A stretch of DNA of 64,000 bases. It comes from an uncultured Candidatus Saccharibacteria bacterium (GTDB lineage Bacteria > Patescibacteriota > Minisyncoccia > Phycocordibacterales > GWA1-40-21). A program made the position numbers and the translations under genes. The notes under the pieces are model-generated. The model was not told the origin of the DNA. It worked only from the letters and a program-made list of their open reading frames with translations, and did not search any database. Shown one piece after another: positions 48,437 through 57,326 of the stretch. Each line of letters begins with the position of its first letter. Within the stretch, counting starts at the first letter, position 1. The stretch covers positions 103 through 64,102 of the forward strand of contig CAZSCE010000001.1 of NCBI GenBank assembly GCA_964605355.1, in the 5' to 3' direction.

Positions 48437-48642
48437 AATTAAACGTAACCAGAATACAGTGCTAGAGGAGGCTTGGGAGCGCGACGGCGCGAGTTGAGAT
48501 TTGGGGAGGGACCCAAATGAAAGACCTTGAATGTTTTGTATTCAAAATGTGAAAGGTGTACTGTCCCTGTAAGGGACGAGGAATTTTTTAGCAAAAAAAT
48601 ATCCGTGCTCCGGTTAGTACTGTATTCTGGTTACGTTTAATT
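48437..48642. other. 206-bp element with 28-bp terminal inverted repeats and multi-stem interior (MITE-like or ncRNA)
   Basis: AATTAAACGTAACCAGAATACAGTGCTA / TAGTACTGTATTCTGGTTACGTTTAATT. Confidence 0.7.
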
Positions 48643-49299
48643 ACAGTAAAGGTACGACTCTGGGATTTCTTTTAGAATTTGGGCGGGCATTTCCGTTAAA
48701 GGTAAATCTTCATTTTGAAGTTTAATAATTATTTCCTTTTTAGATTCCCCAAAAGCAAAAGTGTAAGCCACAGTAATATTCTTTATTGTTTTTAAAGTGA
48801 GAGTAATGCGCCTAAACTTTCCACCATCATAACCACTAGCGGTAGCTTGATCTTTGACCCCCACGGTACCAGGCAAAACCCCGGCTGTATGCCCATCAGT
48901 GCCCAGACCAAACTGCCCTACCACCACCTCGGCCCAAGCTGTCAGATCCCGATATTTCTTGCCAAAATAGATTACTGTTTCCTTTAATTCCAAATCATTT
49001 AAAACCGGCACTGCCTGCACAGCGTCAAAATCAAAACCTGCCTCCCCCAGCTGCTGCCAATTTGAATCAGCGTGGCCCACGGGACCATGGCGCTCATCAG
49101 TGAGAGTCACCGCTAAAATATTTTTCAATTTACCGCCAAAATCTTTTTTTAATTTTTCTAAAACCTCCACTTCAATATTTATATTTGACCCACCAGAAAG
49201 TAACCACAACACATTTTTATTTCCCTTTAAATATTTCCCTATCCCCTCTACCAATATTTTCACCCCCTCCACCTCCCCTTTTATTTTTATAAATTCCAT
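48637..49299 (-). CDS. 6-phosphogluconolactonase / glucosamine-6-phosphate isomerase family protein
   Basis: LLSGGS, DERHGP..HADSN, GLGTDGHTAG. Confidence 0.8.
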   Translation of the reverse strand: MEFIKIKGEVEGVKILVEGIGKYLKGNKNVLWLLSGGSNINIEVEVLEKLKKDFGGKLKNILAVTLTDERHGPVGHADSNWQQLGEAGFDFDAVQAVPVLNDLELKETVIYFGKKYRDLTAWAEVVVGQFGLGTDGHTAGVLPGTVGVKDQATASGYDGGKFRRITLTLKTIKNITVAYTFAFGESKKEIIIKLQNEDLPLTEMPAQILKEIPESYLYCN

Positions 49300-49322
49300 C
49301 TCACTATCTTAGCACAAAAAAA

Positions 49323-49360
49323 GAGCGCTATCCCCACACCGGTGTGTGAAAATAGCGCTC
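49323..49360 (-). terminator. intrinsic terminator after leuB
   Basis: GAGCGCTAT..ATAGCGCTC with adjacent A-run (T-run on minus strand). Confidence 0.65.
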
Positions 49361-49389
49361 CGTGTTGTCATAAAGAACTCCTCGTTAAC

Positions 49390-50571
49390 TCACAGAAGAG
49401 AAAGAATCAGCTCGCCCATTTCTGATGTATGCAAGAGGCTAGAACCTTTGCTGTAAACCAGTGTCAGGTTCGGATCACCACCAACATACATATCCCCCGT
49501 CCGATAGCCCTGCTTCAGAGCCTCACGAACTGCTTCCTCAATGGCTTTTGCGCCCTTCACCGCACCCAAATGCCGGAGCATCATGGCCGCCGTGAGAATG
49601 CGCCCCAGCGGATTAGTTTTGTTCTGCCCAGCCAATGTCGGAGCCGTCCCCGCACCGCTTTCAAACATCGCTGCGCCCGTGTCCGGATTGATGGCCGAAC
49701 TGCACATCATCCCCATACTGCCAAGTGCCGCCGCTGCTCCATCCGAGAGGATGTCCCCGTGCTCATTTCCACAAGCAATGACGCCGTGGAGTTTGGCCGG
49801 AGTGAACAACAGTGCATTCGCCGAGTCTACCAACTGGTGCTGGAGTGGCACGTCCGGGAATTCCGTCCTCCCGATTCTCGTGACAATCTTGCGCCAAAAG
49901 TCATACCGCGCCATCACGTTTGCCTTGTCGATGGAGATGAGAGGCAAGCCCACATCTCTCGCGTAAGTAAACGCCGCCCGGATATACTTCTCAATTGTTT
50001 CCCGGCGATAGTAGGCGATGTCAGAGACGAGCCTCTCGTCACCCGTCACACACTTCTTCAACCTGACGCCGATCCGTTCACAACCATCGCTTGGTATAAG
50101 TGACATCAGATCCTCGTTCCCGAAGTAGCTGTCCTCCAGGAGGAAGCGAATCCAAACCTGGGTGATGCCCTCGGCCGGAATTGTTTCCGGTCTGACGTTG
50201 GCCAAATGCGCCAGCTCCTTGTAGTAGATCATGGGGCGGAAGTTGAGCAACAACCCCATGTCTTTACGCAGTTTCAGCAAACACCTTGACTCCGGCTTCA
50301 TCTCCGGCTTCTCCTTGCCGATGGTGTCGTCCCACTTGGGATCACCCACGCCACCGAAGAAGATTGTGCCGATTTCAACCGCTCTTTTCAGAGACGCTTC
50401 CGGCCGTGTGTCGCCAAACTTTTCGTAGGCGCTCCACCCCATCGGAGTCTTTTCAAAAGCGATCTGGATGTTGTCCTTCTCAGCGGCCTTGATGGCAACA
50501 GCACAAGCCACCGCCATCATCTCCGGACCAGAGCCATCTCCAGTCACCAGAGCAACTGTTTTTTTTATCAT
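49390..50571 (-). CDS. leuB: 3-isopropylmalate dehydrogenase family (beta-decarboxylating dehydrogenase)
   Basis: GDGSGPE, LLKLRK, NFRP, IDKANV, GDILSD, NPLG..AMMLRH. Confidence 0.8.
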   Translation of the reverse strand: MIKKTVALVTGDGSGPEMMAVACAVAIKAAEKDNIQIAFEKTPMGWSAYEKFGDTRPEASLKRAVEIGTIFFGGVGDPKWDDTIGKEKPEMKPESRCLLKLRKDMGLLLNFRPMIYYKELAHLANVRPETIPAEGITQVWIRFLLEDSYFGNEDLMSLIPSDGCERIGVRLKKCVTGDERLVSDIAYYRRETIEKYIRAAFTYARDVGLPLISIDKANVMARYDFWRKIVTRIGRTEFPDVPLQHQLVDSANALLFTPAKLHGVIACGNEHGDILSDGAAAALGSMGMMCSSAINPDTGAAMFESGAGTAPTLAGQNKTNPLGRILTAAMMLRHLGAVKGAKAIEEAVREALKQGYRTGDMYVGGDPNLTLVYSKGSSLLHTSEMGELILSLL

Positions 50572-50645
50572 TTCGCGTTTCCTTTCTTGAGCTGTAACCC
50601 GTGGGCTGATTTTTCATGTCAACCCACGGGTTCATCTTGTTTCGC

Positions 50646-52637
50646 TTACTTCAGCAGTCCTGCTCCCTGCAGTTCCGCCGCCATCTTCACCATTACGCCG
50701 ACGCTTCCGCCGTTACGAATGAGGTCCTTCTGGTATACTGAATGATTGAAAGAAACCCCCTTCAAGCCAACACAGTTGCCAGAGCAACTAGTACTCGGGT
50801 CCATCTCCCAACCTATTGTGCCTTTCTCCCAATCAACACTAATCACTTCAGGCTTCTCGGCGAAGATAGAAGCGATTGTCTCTTTTGGAAGCGTAATGCA
50901 CAACAGTCCGTTGGCAAACATGTTGTTCTCAAAGATGCGAGCAAAGCTCGGTGCAATGACGCACCGAATACCCGCACCCTCGAGTGCCCAAGGCGCATGT
51001 TCACGAGATGAACCGCAACCAAAGTTCTCACCCGCTACCAGTATCTGTGACCCAAAGAGCTTGGGCCAGTCCGCCGACGAAATCGGCGCATCCTCGAGAC
51101 AGTGTTGGCCAAAAGCCTTCTTGTCTGTCTCGGTCAAATACTTGGCCGGAATGATCTGATCAGTATCTACGTTGGCCACCGGCAGGTAAAACACCTTACC
51201 GGAAAAATCCTTCGTCTCCCCCACTCCGAAGAGCTCGAGAAGCTGGCCGTAGTCCGGCCGTTGTGAAGGAACTTCTTTCCAACCCGTGATGCTGGTCAAT
51301 TTCGGAACCGACATCAAACTCACTTCGCGCGCGACCAATCGACAAGTATCTTCAGTTGCCTCTGATACCACTCCGTTGATAGCAGTTTTCGCCGCCGTCG
51401 CCGGTGATGCCAGATGCACCATACCATCCTTGCCCATGCGTCCCGGGAAATTGCGATTCGTCGTCGAAACGCAAACTTCTCCTGGAGCAATCACCCCACA
51501 ACTCATTCCCAGGCAGGCACCGCAAGTGGGACCGCTCACGAAACACCCCGCGTTAGCGAAGATTCCAAACAGCCCTTCCTCAAGTGCCATCTCCCAGATA
51601 TGCTGAGTGGCTGGAACTACAATGCAACGAATATTGTCTGCCACCGGGCGCCCCATCAAACGAAAGATTGTTGCGGCAATCCGCAAATCTTCCAACCGTC
51701 CGTTCGTGCAAGAGCCGATGTAGACCTGGTCAACTTTCTTGCCGGCCAAGTCACTCACCTTCTTCACACAACCTGGTGAATACTCGTCAGTGATGACAGG
51801 AACCATGTCCGAGGCATCAATCTCGATCACCTGATCGTAGACCGCATCCGGATCACTATTCCAGTAGTCGCCCATAAGATAATTCCCAACCTCGAGATTC
51901 TCATGAACTAGGCGCCGGTATCCCGACCCAAGATAATCCATGGTGGTTTGATCCACCATCATCATCCCGGACGTTGCACCTGCTTCCACCGCCATGTTGG
52001 TGATGGTCATCCGCGCTTCCATACTCATCTCATCAATGACTGGGCCACCAAATTCCAACACCGCGTTGGTGGCGCCCTTCACACCAATCTTGCTGATCAG
52101 CGTGAGGATGAGATCTTTGGCGTAAACATTCGCTGGCAATGCGCCGGTGAAGTTCACCCGAATGACTTTCTGAGGTGGACAGATCCAGAGACCGGTTATG
52201 ATGCCGTTCTCCACTTCTGTCGTACCGACACCCGCCGTCAAAGCACAAAAAGCGCCGTGCGTGCAGGTGTGGCTGTCACCCATGATTCCGATCTGGCCCG
52301 GTTTGATCCAGCCCTTCTCAGGAATGACGGCGTGACAAACGCCGTTGCGACCGACGTCCAAAAACTCGATCCCGTGTTCCCGGCTCCAGTTGCGGACAAT
52401 CTGACCTTGAAGGGCCGAAGCCGTATCCTTGGCCGGATTGACGTGATCAATCATGGTCTTGACCTTGTTCGGGTCAAAAACCACATCGCACCCGCGAATC
52501 TTGGCGTCCAGGATAGCGTTTGGTGTCGTAATCTCATGACCCCAAACCCAATCCAGCTGAAGAACCATCCGGCCATCCGGCAAGGTCTTCACACAATGTG
52601 TATCCACGATTTTCTGAAACGCTGTCTTTCCGTTCAT
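50646..52637 (-). CDS. leuC: fused isopropylmalate dehydratase large and small subunits (LeuC-LeuD; aconitase family)
   Basis: HEITT, DSHTCTHGA, GSCTNGR, CGACLG, STTNRNF then NVDTDQIIPAKYL, NFGCGSSREHA in one frame. Confidence 0.9.
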   Translation of the reverse strand: MNGKTAFQKIVDTHCVKTLPDGRMVLQLDWVWGHEITTPNAILDAKIRGCDVVFDPNKVKTMIDHVNPAKDTASALQGQIVRNWSREHGIEFLDVGRNGVCHAVIPEKGWIKPGQIGIMGDSHTCTHGAFCALTAGVGTTEVENGIITGLWICPPQKVIRVNFTGALPANVYAKDLILTLISKIGVKGATNAVLEFGGPVIDEMSMEARMTITNMAVEAGATSGMMMVDQTTMDYLGSGYRRLVHENLEVGNYLMGDYWNSDPDAVYDQVIEIDASDMVPVITDEYSPGCVKKVSDLAGKKVDQVYIGSCTNGRLEDLRIAATIFRLMGRPVADNIRCIVVPATQHIWEMALEEGLFGIFANAGCFVSGPTCGACLGMSCGVIAPGEVCVSTTNRNFPGRMGKDGMVHLASPATAAKTAINGVVSEATEDTCRLVAREVSLMSVPKLTSITGWKEVPSQRPDYGQLLELFGVGETKDFSGKVFYLPVANVDTDQIIPAKYLTETDKKAFGQHCLEDAPISSADWPKLFGSQILVAGENFGCGSSREHAPWALEGAGIRCVIAPSFARIFENNMFANGLLCITLPKETIASIFAEKPEVISVDWEKGTIGWEMDPSTSCSGNCVGLKGVSFNHSVYQKDLIRNGGSVGVMVKMAAELQGAGLLK

Positions 52638-52763
52638 CTTTCTACCCTATCCTTTCTTTTCTATTTTGGCCTATAAGGCCGATGTTAACGTACAAAAAAT
52701 CCGGGTAATCCCCAGATAAACAATCTGAATAAACATTAACACAAAATTTTGTAGTTAGTCAAC

Positions 52764-52793
52764 ATAAAAGCCCGACTTGTGGTCGGGCTTTTA
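52764..52793 (-). terminator. intrinsic terminator
   Basis: ATAAAAGCCCGAC-ttgtg-GTCGGGCTTTTAT. Confidence 0.75.
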
Positions 52794-52801
52794 TTATTAA
52801 A

Positions 52802-52936
52802 TTATTTCTTTCCTTTCTTTGGACCTTTCTTGGTGGCCTTGGCGGCGAGACGAACGAATTTGGCGGCCAAACGCTTCTTGGTTTTACGAGAACGGGAAGT
52901 TTTATTTTTAATATCTTGAGCTGCTCTTTTTGCCAT
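52802..52936 (-). CDS. 44-aa Lys/Arg/Ala-rich peptide (not in ORF track)
   Basis: MAKRAAQDIKNKTSRSRKTKKRLAAKFVRLAAKATKKGPKKGKK, followed by terminator. Confidence 0.6.
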   Translation of the reverse strand: MAKRAAQDIKNKTSRSRKTKKRLAAKFVRLAAKATKKGPKKGKK

Positions 52937-52998
52937 TTTTTTCTTTTTAAGCAGAAGATTACCTTCTGCGTGTTAATAATGAAACGATTATAGCTTAT

Positions 52999-53544
52999 TT
53001 ATTTCTTTTTGGAAACCTTCTTGGCAACTTTTTTAACTGGAGCGGCTTTGGCTACAGGGGTAGCTTTTACCACTTCCTTAACTTCTACTACTGGCTTATT
53101 TCCGGCGCTCATCTTTTCAATCACGCTGGTTAGTCTGTCAATCTTAACGTTCAAGACTTCTATTTGTTTCTTGATTTCCTCACCGCTGACTTTCTTTACA
53201 TCATTACCAAAATCAGTTCTTGGCGGAGTTTTGTAATCACCAAAAGATTTCTTTTGGAAACCACCACGATCACCCCCTCTATCACCCCCGCCCATTTCCT
53301 TTTTGCCACCAAAACAAGCACTACAGTAAACTGGCTTACCAGCAGTTGGTAAAAAAGGCACCTCACAAGGCTTTTTACATTCATCACAAATCACTTTGTG
53401 CATGGTCACTGGGCCACGGTCAGAACGGAAACCACCACCTCTGTTACCACCACCAAAAGGACCACCGCGGGCCTTGAAACCTCCACCGTGACCACCATGG
53501 CCACCACCAAATCTACTTCCGCCACCTTGTCTAAATTCTCCCAT
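52999..53544 (-). CDS. CxxC-x17-CxxC domain protein with Gly/Arg-rich and Lys-rich tails
   Basis: MHKVICDECKKPCEVPFLPTAGKPVYCSACF. Confidence 0.8.
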   Translation of the reverse strand: MGEFRQGGGSRFGGGHGGHGGGFKARGGPFGGGNRGGGFRSDRGPVTMHKVICDECKKPCEVPFLPTAGKPVYCSACFGGKKEMGGGDRGGDRGGFQKKSFGDYKTPPRTDFGNDVKKVSGEEIKKQIEVLNVKIDRLTSVIEKMSAGNKPVVEVKEVVKATPVAKAAPVKKVAKKVSKKK

Positions 53545-53667
53545 TTTATTTTGACCCTTGCGGGTGATTAGTTAATAATTAAATGAAGGTGTAGTATACA
53601 CTATTTTCAGTAAAAACGCAAGGCGTCATCAGTTTCTGATGACGCCTTTGCTAAATCCTCCCTAACT

Positions 53668-53877
53668 TTACTTATTGTTTTTGCCCTTTCTTTCTGCCAG
53701 ATATATCTCCAGAGCCCGAATCAGCTCCTGGCTATACCGGTAGATTCCAGGATTATACCCAAAAAAGAAATCTCCCTGCAGTTCACGAAGTATGGACACC
53801 AGCTTGGATATCCTCTTCTTTGACATCCTTACCCGGTTTGAATGTACAGGTATTGGTTTTATCAAAAGCTTACCCAC
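53668..53877 (-). CDS. orphan hypothetical protein
   Basis: AAGGAGGA SD before GTG; terminator GGCGTCATCAG/CTGATGACGCC downstream. Confidence 0.45.
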   Translation of the reverse strand: MGKLLIKPIPVHSNRVRMSKKRISKLVSILRELQGDFFFGYNPGIYRYSQELIRALEIYLAERKGKNNK

Positions 53878-53967
53878 AGTTATTCCTCCTTCATTACTGA
53901 GTTAATACAAAAAACCAAATCTGTTGCAAGATTAGCAAAAAAACCATAGAAGTCAAACAAAATCTTT

Positions 53968-54843
53968 TTAATTTAATTTAAAATAATCAAAAAGGGCTTT
54001 AATACCCGCTAAATTTTTCTCCCACTCCACGGTCTCATGCGTAGAGAGCTCTACTGTGATGGTGGGAATATTTATAGAGGCCAGCCAATCACCAGCATCA
54101 CCAGTGATAACATAGCTGTTAAACGTCCTGGCCTTGGCATATCCCGCCGCTGTGGAATATATATCCATAATATTATTTGTTTCAGCTAAAACCCCCGCCT
54201 GACATTCCGAAGCATAAATAGTATTTGACATGCTATGCCAAAAAATTACAGCTTTGGGTTTGTTATTTAAAACAAAATCCCGAATGGACCTAGCCTCTGG
54301 CTCGGAAAAAACTGTTTTCCCCGCGCTCACAATATTTGTTTTCCAAGTACTAGTAGCTTGCCATTTACAATCAAAATTTCTATTCAAGTCTACTTTGTTT
54401 CCATTAAACCGACCGGTACCATTTGGCAAATCCGTCTTTACATCCGCCAAAACAAACCGCCCTTCTTTACCGGTCACCTGATATAAACCATCGGGATTAG
54501 CAGAGGGAATAACGGTCACCGCCATATTTTCCGGAATCATTTCTGGATTAGCTTTTAAATAATCCATAAATTTATAAGCGAGCATCACACTGTTCCACTC
54601 ATAACCACCATGAATACCCCCCACAAAAAGTAACGGCTCTTTACCCTGTCCATAAGTATAGGCTTCTATTTTACGCCCCTGGGTAGAAGTGCCAACAATT
54701 TCATATTTTGGCCCCGTCTCCACTACTGGCGCTGTAATAATTATTGGCGCTGACTTATAGAAGAATGAATAATAAATCACTCCACCCAAACCAAATAGAA
54801 TAACTATAAAAATAATTATTTTCTTCAGAGAATATTCCCGCAT
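53968..54843 (-). CDS. M14 zinc carboxypeptidase (MpaA-like), membrane anchored
   Basis: IHGGYE, NPDG, DLNRNF, FWHS, TVEL. Confidence 0.85.
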   Translation of the reverse strand: MREYSLKKIIIFIVILFGLGGVIYYSFFYKSAPIIITAPVVETGPKYEIVGTSTQGRKIEAYTYGQGKEPLLFVGGIHGGYEWNSVMLAYKFMDYLKANPEMIPENMAVTVIPSANPDGLYQVTGKEGRFVLADVKTDLPNGTGRFNGNKVDLNRNFDCKWQATSTWKTNIVSAGKTVFSEPEARSIRDFVLNNKPKAVIFWHSMSNTIYASECQAGVLAETNNIMDIYSTAAGYAKARTFNSYVITGDAGDWLASINIPTITVELSTHETVEWEKNLAGIKALFDYFKLN

Positions 54844-55748
54844 TATTTAGTATAATATTTAATGATAGCAGTAATACCGGCCTGATTTTTGCTCCAGTCA
54901 GTATCAGTATGATTTGTCAAAAGAATGCTAATAGCGGGCACATTTATTTTAGCTAACCAATTTGTCAGATCTCCGGTAGTGGCATAATCATTGAAGGCGG
55001 AATATGAAGGATAAGCAGAAGCTTTGGCATAAGCCGTATTCATAGCCTTGGTCTCAGTGGAAATACCATTATTACAACTAGAAGAATATACCCCGCCAGC
55101 CGAGGCATAATAAGCAATAACCGCTTTTGGCTTACTGGTTTCAATATAATTCTTTACAGCTAAACTTTCTGATTCAGAAAAGGCCGCTGTACCGCCACTT
55201 ACAGTTTTGCTCTGCCACATGCCAGTTGATTTCCAATCACAATCAAAGTTTCTGTTTAAATCCACCTCATTAGCATTAAAACGTCCGGCCACAGATAAAG
55301 CTTGTGAAGAGGAAACATCAGAACTTTTAAAGCGCCCTTCAACATCCACCACTTTATTTAAACCATCCGGATTCAAAACTGGAATAATAGTTACTTTTAC
55401 ATTAGTAGGAATAACACTTGGATTAGCTTTTAAATAATCCATGGCACTATAAGCCATCAAAGTTGTGTTCCAAGCATAACCACCATGAATACCAGCCACT
55501 AATAATATTTCATCAGCTCCGGTACCATAGTGATAGGCAGTGATATCCTTACCATCTACTGACTTTCCAACCACGGTTTCTACTTTATTAACCGGCGTAG
55601 TGGTGGCGGTAGTGGTGGCCTGATTTTTCAAAAGCTCGGCTGCTTTTTGCTCATTAGTTAAGGTAACAGTCTTTGAAGAATTAATATAATAATAAATACC
55701 AAGGATAATAAGTAAGGCTACAATAATCCAAACAATTGTTTTCTTCAT
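54843..55748 (-). CDS. M14 carboxypeptidase paralog, predicted inactive
   Basis: IHGGYA, NPDG, DLNRNF, AYYA, SILL (metal and catalytic residues replaced). Confidence 0.8.
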   Translation of the reverse strand: MKKTIVWIIVALLIILGIYYYINSSKTVTLTNEQKAAELLKNQATTTATTTPVNKVETVVGKSVDGKDITAYHYGTGADEILLVAGIHGGYAWNTTLMAYSAMDYLKANPSVIPTNVKVTIIPVLNPDGLNKVVDVEGRFKSSDVSSSQALSVAGRFNANEVDLNRNFDCDWKSTGMWQSKTVSGGTAAFSESESLAVKNYIETSKPKAVIAYYASAGGVYSSSCNNGISTETKAMNTAYAKASAYPSYSAFNDYATTGDLTNWLAKINVPAISILLTNHTDTDWSKNQAGITAIIKYYTK

Positions 55749-55858
55749 AAAACTTAAGATCAGATGTTATGTATTTAATCTAATCAAAATTACATTAATA
55801 AAATCTGGTATCTATTATACCATAATCTTAAGCCGTAAGAACAGAGTTTATATTTCAC

Positions 55859-56164
55859 CTATTTCTCTCCTTTTAGGATAATCCGCTTGGAAAAACCGCC
55901 TTTTTCATTCCTTTTTCTTATTTTAATATCCTCCACATTTTGATACTCTGTCAATCCTTTTAGCGCTTCCACCACTTCTACCACATCAGCCAGTTCCTCC
56001 GGATCTCCACCGGACTCGGTAAATTCCCCCACCTCCTCTGCTAGTTTTTTTATCAATTCAGCCCTGTATTCCTCCGGGGTAGCAATCCTCTTTTCATACG
56101 GCACACCCTTGGCATCAAGTATTTCCGGTATCCTATCCCGCACTAATTTATTATATGATTCCAT
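55859..56164 (-). CDS. MazG-like / phosphoribosyl-ATP pyrophosphohydrolase-like protein
   Basis: YNKLVRDRIPEI, KLAEEVGEF, EELADVVEV, KRNEKGGF. Confidence 0.8.
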   Translation of the reverse strand: MESYNKLVRDRIPEILDAKGVPYEKRIATPEEYRAELIKKLAEEVGEFTESGGDPEELADVVEVVEALKGLTEYQNVEDIKIRKRNEKGGFSKRIILKGEK

Positions 56165-56184
56165 ATTTAGATTATAACAGTATT

Positions 56185-56436
56185 CTAAGGCTTTTTAAAT
56201 AGAGCTAATTTTTCAGCTCTTTTCCACCTTTTAATCTCGGCCTCACGCGTTCGGGCCTTAGCAAGGGTTCTAAATTGTTCCTTATATTTTAAAATTACTG
56301 GCCGGCGGATTTTTGTGTAGTGGGCGCCGGCCTTGGCATGATTATGCTGATGTAATCTTTTTTCCAGATCATTGGTACTGCCAACATATAAAGTCTTGTC
56401 AGCACATTCTAGGATGTAGGTGAAATATTTGGACAT
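56185..56436 (-). CDS. GIY-YIG nuclease family protein (UPF0213-like)
   Basis: [27 protein letters not shown]. Confidence 0.88.
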   Translation of the reverse strand: MSKYFTYILECADKTLYVGSTNDLEKRLHQHNHAKAGAHYTKIRRPVILKYKEQFRTLAKARTREAEIKRWKRAEKLALFKKP

Positions 56437-56492
56437 AATTTTCTCGGCCGAAATTTACTAATTTCGGCACGAATTTTACGCTTAAAATTCGG

Positions 56493-56563
56493 CTGGGGGA
56501 TTTGGAATCGAACCAAAATAAACGGATCCAAAATCCGTTGTCCTACCTTTAGACGATCCCCCA
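56493..56563 (-). tRNA. tRNA-Gln (TTG)
   Basis: TGGGGGA/TCCCCCA acceptor, ACGGA-TTTTGGA-TCCGT anticodon arm, GGTTCGATTCC. Confidence 0.95.
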
Positions 56564-57244
56564 ATATTTATTTATACCCCTTATCCAACCCGTCACTTGA
56601 CGGTTCAAGGACGAGCTCCTATATACTTTAACTCTTAATTGGCCATTATACAAGTCCCCAATATTTTTTCTTTTGGTATTTATTTTGTTTCTCTTAAAAT
56701 ATACAGTCTTAAAATAACTGATTGGTAAACCAGTCTTCTGTGACCAAAATTTTTGAAAACGTCCAACTTCATCATGAAAAATATCGTGGGTATAAATTTC
56801 ACAACCAATTTCTTCTTTTTTAACACCAACAATCTCAGTTAACCATTTTAAAAATAAAATAATCATTTCTGGATCAGAATTAGAGAAATTTATACCAGAC
56901 CCAGGACGTCCTTCCTTCTCCTTTGACCCCTCCGCCCAATATAAGGCAGTGCCAATAAGCCATAACTCTCTTTTTGATAACTTTCCAATTTCACCCTCGG
57001 CTAAATTAAATATTTTATTTGATCTTTCAATTCTTTGGCGTCTTTTAGCCTGACCACCACGCAGTGAAGCCAGCCTTCTCTTTTCAGTAAAAAATTGTTT
57101 GACTTCCTTGACCATACCAACAGAGCGAAGCCATTCAGAAAGAGTAGATTTTGCCACAGGAACAATCTTCATTATTTCAGAATAAGTTTTCCCTTCTTTT
57201 CTTAGGGCTACCGCTTTATTTCTTAATTCAATTTTCACGAACAT
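56549..57244 (-). CDS. HTH plus LAGLIDADG-like endonuclease-fold protein
   Basis: LRKEGKTYSEI..VAKSTLSEWL HTH; ALYWAEGS and FSNSD LAGLIDADG-like motif; FW...GLP. Confidence 0.7.
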   Translation of the reverse strand: MFVKIELRNKAVALRKEGKTYSEIMKIVPVAKSTLSEWLRSVGMVKEVKQFFTEKRRLASLRGGQAKRRQRIERSNKIFNLAEGEIGKLSKRELWLIGTALYWAEGSKEKEGRPGSGINFSNSDPEMIILFLKWLTEIVGVKKEEIGCEIYTHDIFHDEVGRFQKFWSQKTGLPISYFKTVYFKRNKINTKRKNIGDLYNGQLRVKVYRSSSLNRQVTGWIRGINKYWGIV

Positions 57245-57326
57245 TAATCCTAAGTCCTAGTATACATGATTAGTGTTCTAAAAGCTAGTCTGCTTTCCCC
57301 GCCTTTCTTAGGAGGGGACGTCATTC

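Noticed and set aside
49429-52676. Long + strand ORFs (224 aa, 242 aa and others)
   Set aside because: Antisense shadows of the GC-rich leuB and leuCD genes; no motifs
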